Shown: positions 19,267-27,709 of the stretch, piece after piece
Layout: the number at the start of each line of letters is the position of its first letter
How positions within the stretch are numbered: position 1 is the first letter of the stretch
From: Thermoplasmata archaeon
GTDB lineage: Archaea; Thermoplasmatota; Thermoplasmata; GCA-020350865
Reading direction: 5' to 3'
DNA length: 64,000 bases
Assembly: GCA_020348445.1 (NCBI GenBank)
Contig: CP070751.1
Coordinates: forward strand, 1 to 64,000
Made by a program: the position numbers and the translations under genes
The notes under the pieces: generated by a model
The model's input: only the letters and a program-made list of their open reading frames with translations
What the model was told of the DNA's origin: nothing
Database searches by the model: none

Positions 19267-21168
19267 CTATATGCCCAATTTTTTCCTGTTCGCCTCTATA
19301 TGGGCCAAAATACCATCAGCAGCTTTGACTGGATCCTTCTCCACATTCATCACCCCGCCAGTCACCTGCTTGCAATCTTGAGTTAGGAGCTTCACAAGAT
19401 CCGGTCCTCCAGTTACAGTGGGAACTGGATTCACATAAGTATAGAGTCCAAAAGCCAAAGCGAACACGGCATCTATTGTAGCCTTCTGCTCCATGTACTC
19501 AGGTGCACACGCTGCAACGGGTAAATCTGGAATGGGCACATCTCCCAAGGCTTTGGAAACCGCCCCAACAAGATCAGCTAGTCGGCCTGTATCAGTGCAC
19601 GTTCCGAAACTGAGAACTGGGGGAATCCCAAGTTTCTCACATAGGCCTTTAAGTCCCGATCCAGCCAGTTCCTTTGCTTGGGGGCTGCAAAGACCAGCAA
19701 CCTGCACCCCACCGTTTCCGCAGCCCAAGGAAAGCACAAGGATGTCTCTTTTTATCAATTCCTTGACCATCCTTACAGTGTGAACATCCTGACCAGTGTC
19801 TCTTAGGGTTGTGCAGGAAACCATTCCCACCACGCCTCTTATTACTCCATCCTTTATCGCCTCAAGCAAGGGATCCAGTTTTCCCCCCAGGGCCTCTAGT
19901 ATACTTTCAGTGGAAAAACCCACAATCGCTTCTTTTACAGGCAATCCTGAGACAGGCTCATTTGATGACCTACGATCCTTGAAATTATCAATTGCCATCT
20001 CAAGAAGTCGGGAGGCTTGCGCAACTGCTCTATCGGGAATATAATCCACTCGATCCTCTACTCCTTCAAAGGCAACAACTTCACTTATGGGAACAAGTTT
20101 GAACTTATATTTTTGGGCATATATTGGATCAATGGGCATGGAGCAGTTCATATCACATGCAAAAAGATCAACACATCCGCTGGCCAAAACTGCTTCCTGC
20201 ATTATCCAGTTTCCTGTGAATCCATAAAAGACATCGTCCATCTCCCATCTTTGGATCATCTCCTGGCCAGTCTCGATATTAGCGATAATGCGTAATCCTT
20301 TGGCTCCAGCTTTTTTGGCTTTGTCCTGCCACTCTGGAGTTCGAGCCAATTGAACCATTGCAAATCCAAGAAAAGGCTCGTGGCCGTTGGGAAGGACGTT
20401 CACATAATCCGGATCCAATACTCCAAGATCCACACGCATATTATGAGGCCTTGGAATGCCGAATAAAATATCCTGGCAGAACTCGTTCACTATTTGACTT
20501 TGGTATGCCATTGCGATACCCAAACGCATGGCTTTAAGTGCGAGGGTTGCATAATAGCCATCCACGTTTGTTAGGCAGGAGCTTGTAGAGAACATTATCT
20601 CCCCGTGAATCCCACCTGGAAATATCCCCAATTTTTTCCAGAGCTCCTTACGCTCATTGGGAGCCAGGGCTTCAACAATTTCACTTGGCTCATCATACTT
20701 TCTATTGAATTCTTTCTCCACGAAATCACAAAGGCGAAGGGCAATTTCTTTTTCAGAGCCAGAGGTATCCACACCAAGGCGTGCAGCAAAGGTTTTCAGC
20801 TTCTCAGGCTCCTTGATCTCAAAGGGTGTTTTATCGTTTGCAGTTGCGTAAAGGGTTTTTATTGTCTGGTCTGTATGATAATGATAGGTGGAGGCACCCA
20901 TGACATTTCTGAGGAGCATCATGCGCATGGCCATTCCGTCTCCTGTGATGCCGCACACTCCCCTTTTGTCCTTTGATACGTCTGCACGGCACGGACCGTT
21001 TGAGCAGAGATCGCATCGAACACCGCCCATACAAAAAGGACAGCGTTTGTCGGGATCACCAAAGCCCTGGGCCTCGAAGCGGTCCCAGATATTTGTCATG
21101 TTGTCCGATTTGATCTTCTCGTACATTTTACGAACTGATTCATGATAAGAAATCCTATCGTCTTTCAT
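19267..21168 (-). CDS. cooS: Anaerobic CO dehydrogenase catalytic-subunit homolog, atypical (CooS-V-like)
   Basis: CPFC..CDLCSNGPC..CG clusters; NGHEP, DMNC, VSCTT, LGCG, GTCTD; Glu (NIETGQE) where canonical CooS has CCTGNE. Confidence 0.9.
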   Translation of the reverse strand: MKDDRISYHESVRKMYEKIKSDNMTNIWDRFEAQGFGDPDKRCPFCMGGVRCDLCSNGPCRADVSKDKRGVCGITGDGMAMRMMLLRNVMGASTYHYHTDQTIKTLYATANDKTPFEIKEPEKLKTFAARLGVDTSGSEKEIALRLCDFVEKEFNRKYDEPSEIVEALAPNERKELWKKLGIFPGGIHGEIMFSTSSCLTNVDGYYATLALKAMRLGIAMAYQSQIVNEFCQDILFGIPRPHNMRVDLGVLDPDYVNVLPNGHEPFLGFAMVQLARTPEWQDKAKKAGAKGLRIIANIETGQEMIQRWEMDDVFYGFTGNWIMQEAVLASGCVDLFACDMNCSMPIDPIYAQKYKFKLVPISEVVAFEGVEDRVDYIPDRAVAQASRLLEMAIDNFKDRRSSNEPVSGLPVKEAIVGFSTESILEALGGKLDPLLEAIKDGVIRGVVGMVSCTTLRDTGQDVHTVRMVKELIKRDILVLSLGCGNGGVQVAGLCSPQAKELAGSGLKGLCEKLGIPPVLSFGTCTDTGRLADLVGAVSKALGDVPIPDLPVAACAPEYMEQKATIDAVFALAFGLYTYVNPVPTVTGGPDLVKLLTQDCKQVTGGVMNVEKDPVKAADGILAHIEANRKKLGI

Positions 21169-21229
21169 TTTCTAATCCCCCAATTGGTAATGCCCACAAT
21201 GATTTGGATTATTTAAAACTAATGTGTAG

Positions 21230-21258
21230 ACTTTTTACTCCCAATCCAAAAGCCTCTT
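21230..21258. repeat. Direct repeat copy C of DUF438-gene 3' end
   Basis: actttttactcccaatccaaaagcctctt identical to 26657-26685. Confidence 0.85.
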
Positions 21259-21434
21259 GCCATGAGTTTTGAAAATGGATTGGGGGGATATTCACTGGAT
21301 TGAGGGAGTACCGTGCAAGCTATGTTATTAAAAAAAAGAAAAAGATATGCGGCGAGGGTTTTGGAAATAGTCTATAATTCATGTGTAACTACTGCTGGAT
21401 CCCACCGCGAGTCTTCTATTCTGAAGAACCTAAT

Positions 21435-22412
21435 CTATCTTTTCCAGTCAGGCCACCAACCTTTTGCGAGCTCCTCAGTCTGTTCAGTGCCGAAGTCGTA
21501 TATATATACAGTCCATCCAGAAACACGTCCGCCTCCAGAGATACGTTTAGGCTTGGAAAATGCCTGTTGGGAATCATCGGGCGACCATGAGGGATAACGA
21601 CTTTCTCCGCCGGAAACAAGCTGGGCTGTGGGGTTGCTCTGTGTCAAGTCCAGAGTGTATATAGCACTTCCATCAGATCCATCAAGAGCTGGCCATAACG
21701 TAAATGCCAGTTTATCTGGAGAACGAGACCAATCTAGATCCTTAATACCTGCCTGTTCATAGTCATAGACTGTCACTGGGTCTTCTTCTGAATCAATTGT
21801 TAAGATATTGATATACGATTTACCGTCGATTGCTGTTGTCCAGTCAACAAATGCTATTTCTGTACCATCAGGGCTCCAGGCAATATCCACTAGATAATGC
21901 CCTTCATCTGCAGTATAAAGTGTATCAACTGAACCGTCGCTGAGAGAAATTGTCTGAATCAGCCTTGGGCGCTCACTACCCGTAGAAGGATCGTAGAGCT
22001 TTTGAATAAAGGCTATTTCACCACCCAAAGGTGACCATGCAATACTATATTGGATGTCTTGACACAGGAGTGTTGGTTCGCCTGCCTGCACTTCTCCTTC
22101 ATTCACAGATATTTCAATAGTGTATAGATCATGTGGAATGTTCTTGGTATATGCTATTGATGTTCCATCCGGTGCCCAGGTTGGACTGTATAGATTACCT
22201 GCTGAATCCACTTCGACCTGGTTAGTTCCGTCAGCATTCATCACCATGAGTGCATCATTTTTACCTACTTTAATAAACGCTATTGCCGGATCTGCTGGTG
22301 GTTCCTCATCAGGTGGTGGTTTTGGCGGTTTTTTTGCGGTAGCCATGGGTATGGCCATGCTCACAAGCAAGGACACTAATACTATGCCGATTAACAGCTT
22401 TCCTAGTTTCAT
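21435..22412 (-). CDS. Secreted TolB-like (PD40/WD40) beta-propeller protein
   Basis: Signal peptide, KKPPKPPP linker, repeated P.WSPDG..IAF motifs. Confidence 0.85.
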   Translation of the reverse strand: MKLGKLLIGIVLVSLLVSMAIPMATAKKPPKPPPDEEPPADPAIAFIKVGKNDALMVMNADGTNQVEVDSAGNLYSPTWAPDGTSIAYTKNIPHDLYTIEISVNEGEVQAGEPTLLCQDIQYSIAWSPLGGEIAFIQKLYDPSTGSERPRLIQTISLSDGSVDTLYTADEGHYLVDIAWSPDGTEIAFVDWTTAIDGKSYINILTIDSEEDPVTVYDYEQAGIKDLDWSRSPDKLAFTLWPALDGSDGSAIYTLDLTQSNPTAQLVSGGESRYPSWSPDDSQQAFSKPKRISGGGRVSGWTVYIYDFGTEQTEELAKGWWPDWKR

Positions 22413-22480
22413 ATTCTTTTCCTCCGATTATCTTTCTAAATAGTCAAAAATCCTAAATCAGATTAATAAAGATAAAATTT

Positions 22481-22500
22481 TGTCGGTACATGTACATACA
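22481..22500 (-). promoter_or_regulatory. Palindromic operator next to BRE/TATA-like box (site 3)
   Basis: tgtcggtACATGTacataca; core 12 nt from TTATCT. Confidence 0.65.
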
Positions 22501-22572
22501 TGACTATTTAATAAATAACGGAATTAAATAAATCCCAATCCAAGAAACTCATCATCTTTTCCAATAAATTAC

Positions 22573-22764
22573 TCAATATAGCTTTCCTTTCCTCGATCTT
22601 AACTCTACATTCATCTCCTTCAAATAAAATCCAGTGCGTATGCACCCTCTGATAAACGCGGATATATCGGTCCCTTGTACCTTTGCCTTCTTTTTCACTT
22701 CTTCAAGGAGTTCCGGTTCAATTCTTATGGTGAGAACTTTAGTGTACTTTCCTTCCTTTTCCAT
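22573..22764 (-). CDS. Ribbon-helix-helix DNA-binding protein
   Basis: MEKEGKYTKVLTIRIEPELL...TDISAFIRGCIRTGFYL; 18 nt after GTPase stop. Confidence 0.8.
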   Translation of the reverse strand: MEKEGKYTKVLTIRIEPELLEEVKKKAKVQGTDISAFIRGCIRTGFYLKEMNVELRSRKGKLY

Positions 22765-22782
22765 CTCGCCACCTTTTTTGAA

Positions 22783-23661
22783 TCAGTCTCCAACAATGCT
22801 TTCGGCCCACTCTCTTCTTCTTTTCATATTGGCTAAAACAATATCTCGATCTTTAAACTCACTCTCTGCTTCTGCTAAATACTCAACAGCTGTTAGAATC
22901 TTCTCTTTTGTGGGATTGTTAACATCGATTTTCGCTCTTGCAAGTTCCTGGCGCAGGATTAGCATTGCTATTCTCGAATCCTTGAAATCCTTGCAGAAAT
23001 CCACCATTATAGCATCCAATGCACCAATGGGCGTTGTCTTATCCAAATTTCTCTGAATACCTGTTGCAAAGAGAGTTTCAAGGAGAATCTCAACAGTATT
23101 ATCTGGTTTATACTCACTTAGCATAAAATTCCCCAAGCTCTCAAAGGCGCATTCGACATTGTTCCCATCTTTTGCACTGGTCGCATAGCAGGATTTTAAT
23201 CCCTGAAATGTTGTTTTAAGGGATTGACCGCTGTATCTTCCCGCCAAATCCTCCATATCCTCGAATCCGAACTCGTATTTTCCTTTCAGATCGGATTTGT
23301 TACAAGTAAACACCAAGGGCACATTCTCTACTATCTTGAACAAAAAAGGAATCCAATATTTCTCAAGGTTCTCCAGGGTCTCCTTTCTCGTAAGATCCGC
23401 CACAAGGATTGCACCTTCCACACCCACAAAGGTCCTGGCATGAAGGGCGTGATATCCCTCTCTACCGATAATGTCCCAGATCATAAATTTGACATCTACA
23501 TTAGCGTTGGATCTATGAATGGAAAATTCCTTCATGGTTACCTTGCTTCCTATTGTGGAGGTATAGGAATCCTCGAACTGGTCGAAAACGAATCTTCGAA
23601 TGAGGCTGGTTTTGCCTACGGCGCTGTCGCCGAGCAGGACGATTTTCTTTTTTATTGCCAA
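22783..23661 (-). CDS. Rab/Ras-like small GTPase with C-terminal domain (paralog 3)
   Basis: GDSAVGKTS, YTSTIG, WDIIGRE, NKSD, SAK. Confidence 0.9.
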   Translation of the reverse strand: MAIKKKIVLLGDSAVGKTSLIRRFVFDQFEDSYTSTIGSKVTMKEFSIHRSNANVDVKFMIWDIIGREGYHALHARTFVGVEGAILVADLTRKETLENLEKYWIPFLFKIVENVPLVFTCNKSDLKGKYEFGFEDMEDLAGRYSGQSLKTTFQGLKSCYATSAKDGNNVECAFESLGNFMLSEYKPDNTVEILLETLFATGIQRNLDKTTPIGALDAIMVDFCKDFKDSRIAMLILRQELARAKIDVNNPTKEKILTAVEYLAEAESEFKDRDIVLANMKRRREWAESIVGD

Positions 23662-23700
23662 CTGTTCACCTTTCCGTTTGTGATTTTGTAGATTCCACCT

Positions 23701-26514
23701 CTACAAATCCTTGAGCGCTGCTCTCACCTTCTCTTTTTTCTTTTCCAACTTCAATTCCTTGTAAATATCGATTGCCTTGTTTAGTTGTTCTTTCGCTTTA
23801 TTAGGATCTCCCTTAGCCTTCCACATCAATCCAAATTCGAAGTGGGATTCTGCCAATTCCCTTTTTATTCCAATTCCCTTAAAAATCTTTACGCTCTCTT
23901 CAAAATTCTCAATGGATTCCTTCCATTTTCCCTGGTTTGTAAATATAATTCCTAAAATTCTTCTCGAGCTTGCTAGGGTCACTTTTGAACCAATCTCTTT
24001 AGATAGTTCAAATGATCGTTTGCAGAAATCAAATGCTCTTGTCAGATCCTTTTTTCTAAGATAGGCTTCCGCTATAAACCAATAGTTGTAAGCCATCAGT
24101 ATCCGGTAGCCGATCTTTATAACTATTTTCATGCTCTTTTCGAATTGATCAAGGGCTTTGTCATATTCTCCTTTATAAAAGTGTGCAACACCAATGTTGT
24201 GTAAAATTACAGCAATCCTCTTTTGGTCACCCATCCTCTCATGTATTTCTTTGGTCCTATCATAGTATTCAAGGGCTTTGTCATACTCTTCTATTTCAAC
24301 ATGAACAATACCAATGTTCATCATGTGAATGGCAGTAAATTGCATATCACCGATTTGCTCCGAAATGCCTAGACTTTTTTTGTAGTATTCGAGAGCTTCA
24401 TTATATTTTCCAATCCACATATGAATTATGCCGATATTGTTGAGGGACCCTGCGATTCCTTTTTTATCTTCTATTATTTCCCTTATCTTAAGGCTCTTAT
24501 CGTAATATCCAAGCGCCATTTCTATTTCTCCTCTTTCTTGGTGCACAGTGCCAATTAGATTTAGGGCATCCGCTTTTTCCCTGCATTCCTCATCTCTAAC
24601 CAAGAATAGTGCTTCATTACAAATTTTTATTGATTCATTATATCCTCCCATATGCCTATGACAGTTCCCAATCCCAATCTTAATCTCAGCTTTTTTCTTA
24701 TTATCAATGCTCAATTCCAATGCACGCTCGTAAGCCTTGATACTATTCTGATAATCCCCAATCAAGGAATAAATACCTGCCATTTCTTCGAGTGTTTTCC
24801 TCCTCTTTTTCGGATTATCCTCAAGTCCAAGAGCATAGGAATAGAATCTTATTGATTCTTCATTTGAATAATCCTTCTTTGCCTTCTCCGCCGCTTTAAG
24901 GAGATAGTGAAGTGCTTTGTCCTTATTCTTGCATTGATAATAATGAAATGCTAAATCTTCAACCACTTCATCCAGATTATCTTGGCTCAGTGTCTCAACC
25001 GAGTTTGCGATTATCGAGTGATAATCCCTTCTCAATTCTTCTGGTATTTCGCTGTAAAGCACCTCTTTTACTTTGGCATGGTCGAACTTGAAATATCCAT
25101 TATGGGATTTGAGTAATCTATGAACTTGCTCTAAACTTCTCAACTGCTCTAAAAGTTGAGTTCTGTTCGTATCCAGGGCATAGGTTAGGATCGATGATGT
25201 GAACGTTTCTCCGATGATAGAAGCATAATCCAATACCTTCCTGTCTTCTTTTTCCAATCTGTTCAATCTTCTTTCAATCACGTTGTATATTTTGGATGGG
25301 ATTTCGATATCTTTTAGATCTTTGGCTAACTTCCATGTTCCCTCATCTTCCAAAATGATCTTTTCATCGACTAGGAATTTTATTAAAAGGATAAAGAACA
25401 ATGGATTCCCTTCGGTCTCCTTGTAGATTCGATTCTTAAATTCATCAGTGAAATCGATTTTTCCAAGCAGGACAGACAAAAATTCGTCCATAATCTCTTC
25501 GGGTAATCTCGCAAGCTCCATCTTTTTCAACAGATCCTCGCGGTCCATCAACTGCATGGTTCCCACAAGAGGATGACTCTTTTCATCCATTGAAGCAACA
25601 TCCTCAGGTCTATAAGTGCCCATAATAAATAGCCCAGTCTCTCTCGTGTTTCTAGCGAGGTAGTGCATTAGAGCTAAGGATGATAGGTCTGTCCATTGTA
25701 AGTCTTCTATGCATAAAAGAGTGGGCATTTGCTGTGCCTGCCTTATCAATCCCAAAGAGACATTCTCGAATAATAAATTCCTTCTAATCTTTGGATCATC
25801 TTTACCATAATAGATACCGTCATACTTTCCGGATGTGATAAGAGGTTTGAGGAGCTCGTCGATTCCAGCAACCTTTTTTTCGTCACCACCCCATTTCTCA
25901 AGGATTCGTTTAAAAGTTTTTGTTATCTTTAATAGGATCTCTCTCATATCGTTTAGCAGGAATTCATTTTCTCTTCCTGTTAGTATAACCACAAGATTGG
26001 TATCCTTATAATTATCGATTAATATACGATAATTCTGGTATCCTAACGAATTCAAAGTTCCTTTTTCTTCCTCTCCAGACAGCTTTGAAAGAGATTCATT
26101 AAGAAAGTCAGTTATAGTGGTAAACATTGATGCAAAAACATCAGGATTAAGTTCTGTTTCTTCTCTCACAAGATTTCTTATTAATATGCCCGCATTGGTT
26201 ACCAGATAAACAGCTTCCACTCGTGGGGCTTCCTCTGCAAAAAGCGATTCCAGGCCTACAGATCTCAGGGCTTCCATAATGGGCATGAAGGGAGTAAGGG
26301 ATTCATACATGCAGTTACCTGACAAGATCTGGAAGCCTTTGGATTGAGCAATCTCTTTCAGCTCGTTTACCAAACGGGTCTTTCCGATTCCTGCCTCCCC
26401 TGAGATGAATATTGTCCTTCCTTGCCCTTCCATGGCTCTTTCTAGATAAGACTGCAGTTCTCTGAGTTCATCCTCGCGACCAACCATCTTGGGTTGGAGA
26501 TCTAGATTCTGCAT
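23701..26514 (-). CDS. STAND/AAA_16-type ATPase with inserted longin/roadblock-like domain and C-terminal TPRs
   Basis: MVGREDE, Walker A GEAGIGKT, Walker B LLCIEDLQW, GNPLF, TPR array (IAGSLNNIG...); start MQNLDL at 26514. Confidence 0.85.
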   Translation of the reverse strand: MQNLDLQPKMVGREDELRELQSYLERAMEGQGRTIFISGEAGIGKTRLVNELKEIAQSKGFQILSGNCMYESLTPFMPIMEALRSVGLESLFAEEAPRVEAVYLVTNAGILIRNLVREETELNPDVFASMFTTITDFLNESLSKLSGEEEKGTLNSLGYQNYRILIDNYKDTNLVVILTGRENEFLLNDMREILLKITKTFKRILEKWGGDEKKVAGIDELLKPLITSGKYDGIYYGKDDPKIRRNLLFENVSLGLIRQAQQMPTLLCIEDLQWTDLSSLALMHYLARNTRETGLFIMGTYRPEDVASMDEKSHPLVGTMQLMDREDLLKKMELARLPEEIMDEFLSVLLGKIDFTDEFKNRIYKETEGNPLFFILLIKFLVDEKIILEDEGTWKLAKDLKDIEIPSKIYNVIERRLNRLEKEDRKVLDYASIIGETFTSSILTYALDTNRTQLLEQLRSLEQVHRLLKSHNGYFKFDHAKVKEVLYSEIPEELRRDYHSIIANSVETLSQDNLDEVVEDLAFHYYQCKNKDKALHYLLKAAEKAKKDYSNEESIRFYSYALGLEDNPKKRRKTLEEMAGIYSLIGDYQNSIKAYERALELSIDNKKKAEIKIGIGNCHRHMGGYNESIKICNEALFLVRDEECREKADALNLIGTVHQERGEIEMALGYYDKSLKIREIIEDKKGIAGSLNNIGIIHMWIGKYNEALEYYKKSLGISEQIGDMQFTAIHMMNIGIVHVEIEEYDKALEYYDRTKEIHERMGDQKRIAVILHNIGVAHFYKGEYDKALDQFEKSMKIVIKIGYRILMAYNYWFIAEAYLRKKDLTRAFDFCKRSFELSKEIGSKVTLASSRRILGIIFTNQGKWKESIENFEESVKIFKGIGIKRELAESHFEFGLMWKAKGDPNKAKEQLNKAIDIYKELKLEKKKEKVRAALKDL

Positions 26515-26656
26515 CTTCCCCCCACAATGATTTATTATCCCCGGGCTATTTATATACAAAACGTTTTTAAAATATATAAGGTTATATGTAAATTTGTGAG
26601 ATTTTAAAAAATATGAGAGGAATTTAGCAATGTTTCTAAAATATTGCATTTTTATA

Positions 26657-26733
26657 ACTTTTTACTCCCAATCCAAAAGCCTCTTTTCGCCCTCGAGTTT
26701 TTTCATATCAGTTACATCCTGCGAGACCATGAG
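26657..26733. repeat. Direct repeat copy B: remnant of DUF438-gene 3' end
   Basis: 26661-26727 matches 27709-27775 at 61/67 nt; encodes VSQDVTDMKKLEGEKRLLDWE* on the minus strand. Confidence 0.9.
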
Positions 26734-26812
26734 AGGGATAATAGCTACAATAAGTTAAAAAAAAAACCCAAAGGTCAACTCTCGTCATTACTTTAAAATC
26801 CAAACCATAGTG

Positions 26813-27292
26813 TTAACTTTTAGCAATTCTTTCCATAATAGTTTTATAGAGAACCACTGTCATTCTAAAGTCACTCTCAGCAAGCTTGGCAATTACCTCC
26901 TTGGCCTTCTTTTTATCGATTTTTTTCATCTCGACCGCAGCTACAATCAAACCCAAAAGCCCGGTATAATCTCTATTCTCAACATCCGCAACCCTTCTTG
27001 CATTTAGCTCGTCTATAATCAGCCTCGCCTTTTTTTCAGTGAAAAATAAAGTCGCCTCGCCTTCGCCTAAACCATATTTTGTAAACTGTTTCACATTCCC
27101 CTTCACTCTAACTGATATTATCCAATCTCCCATTGCTTGCATGATCTTGTCAGTTTCTGGATAGTTATGGCCAAGAAGCTCTTTCTCGATGGATTTTGTA
27201 ATATATATTTTACCCAACAATTTTTTTAAAAGGTCAAGCTCTCCAATCCTGGATAACGCGATTATGGTGGATGAGTCCACAAAAGTTCTCAT
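26813..27292 (-). CDS. PIN-domain toxin (DUF3368/VapC-like)
   Basis: FVDSSTII, LGEGEA, LIIDE..AR, TGLLG. Confidence 0.88.
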   Translation of the reverse strand: MRTFVDSSTIIALSRIGELDLLKKLLGKIYITKSIEKELLGHNYPETDKIMQAMGDWIISVRVKGNVKQFTKYGLGEGEATLFFTEKKARLIIDELNARRVADVENRDYTGLLGLIVAAVEMKKIDKKKAKEVIAKLAESDFRMTVVLYKTIMERIAKS

Positions 27293-27300
27293 ACTGACAC

Positions 27301-27615
27301 TCAGCTTTTGAGCCATTTCTTGGCTTTCCTTGTGTCCTTCTCAAGTTCGCTTTCCGAGTATTTGAAGAATGGTATCTCTCTTTTCCCCAGATAGTCAGCC
27401 ATTTCTTGGATGCTTACATCCGCAAACTCCGCTGCCCTACATAATGTAAATTCATTGCTCAGGTATTTCTTTTGAGCGATTTCCAGTTTTAAAACCTTAA
27501 TACCTTCATGAAGTGCATTTCTTGCCACTTCTGATTTGGTCATATGGAGAATCTCGATTAACTCCTCCATTTCCGATATTTCATCATCGGGTAATCGTAT
27601 CTGCAAGTTTTCCAT
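27301..27615 (-). CDS. UPF0175-family antitoxin
   Basis: N-terminal RHH-like LQIRL, SEVAR; C-terminal TLCRAAEFADVS. Confidence 0.85.
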   Translation of the reverse strand: MENLQIRLPDDEISEMEELIEILHMTKSEVARNALHEGIKVLKLEIAQKKYLSNEFTLCRAAEFADVSIQEMADYLGKREIPFFKYSESELEKDTRKAKKWLKS

Positions 27616-27623
27616 ATTCAACC

Positions 27624-27648
27624 CATTACAATATAATGTTTTGTAATG
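27624..27648. promoter_or_regulatory. Probable TA autoregulatory operator
   Basis: Perfect CATTACAA-N9-TTGTAATG between TTTATA box and antitoxin start. Confidence 0.6.
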
Positions 27649-27709
27649 ATATAAAGGTTGTGGTTGTTATTATCTGCAAGTTGTAAGGCAATTGTTTTTT
27701 GGGGTTCCT

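Larger units (their letters stand above)
21259..27708. mobile_element. Putative integrated islet(s) bounded by DUF438 3'-end repeats (no integrase seen)
   Basis: Accessory genes (TA pair; STAND-GTPase-RHH-propeller) lie between repeats at 21230, 26657 and 27709; mobility is inferred only. Confidence 0.35.

Noticed and set aside
19267-21168. Wood-Ljungdahl CODH/ACS or CO-oxidising hydrogenase locus
   Set aside because: No acs/cdh, cooF, cooC or hydrogenase genes adjacent, and C-cluster ligands are altered
26515-26649. N-terminal extension of the STAND ORF (also track extensions of 14212, 15299, 42503, 52587, 54296, 59295)
   Set aside because: Extensions run through AT-rich promoter DNA or the neighbouring gene; RBS position and family N-termini favour the downstream starts
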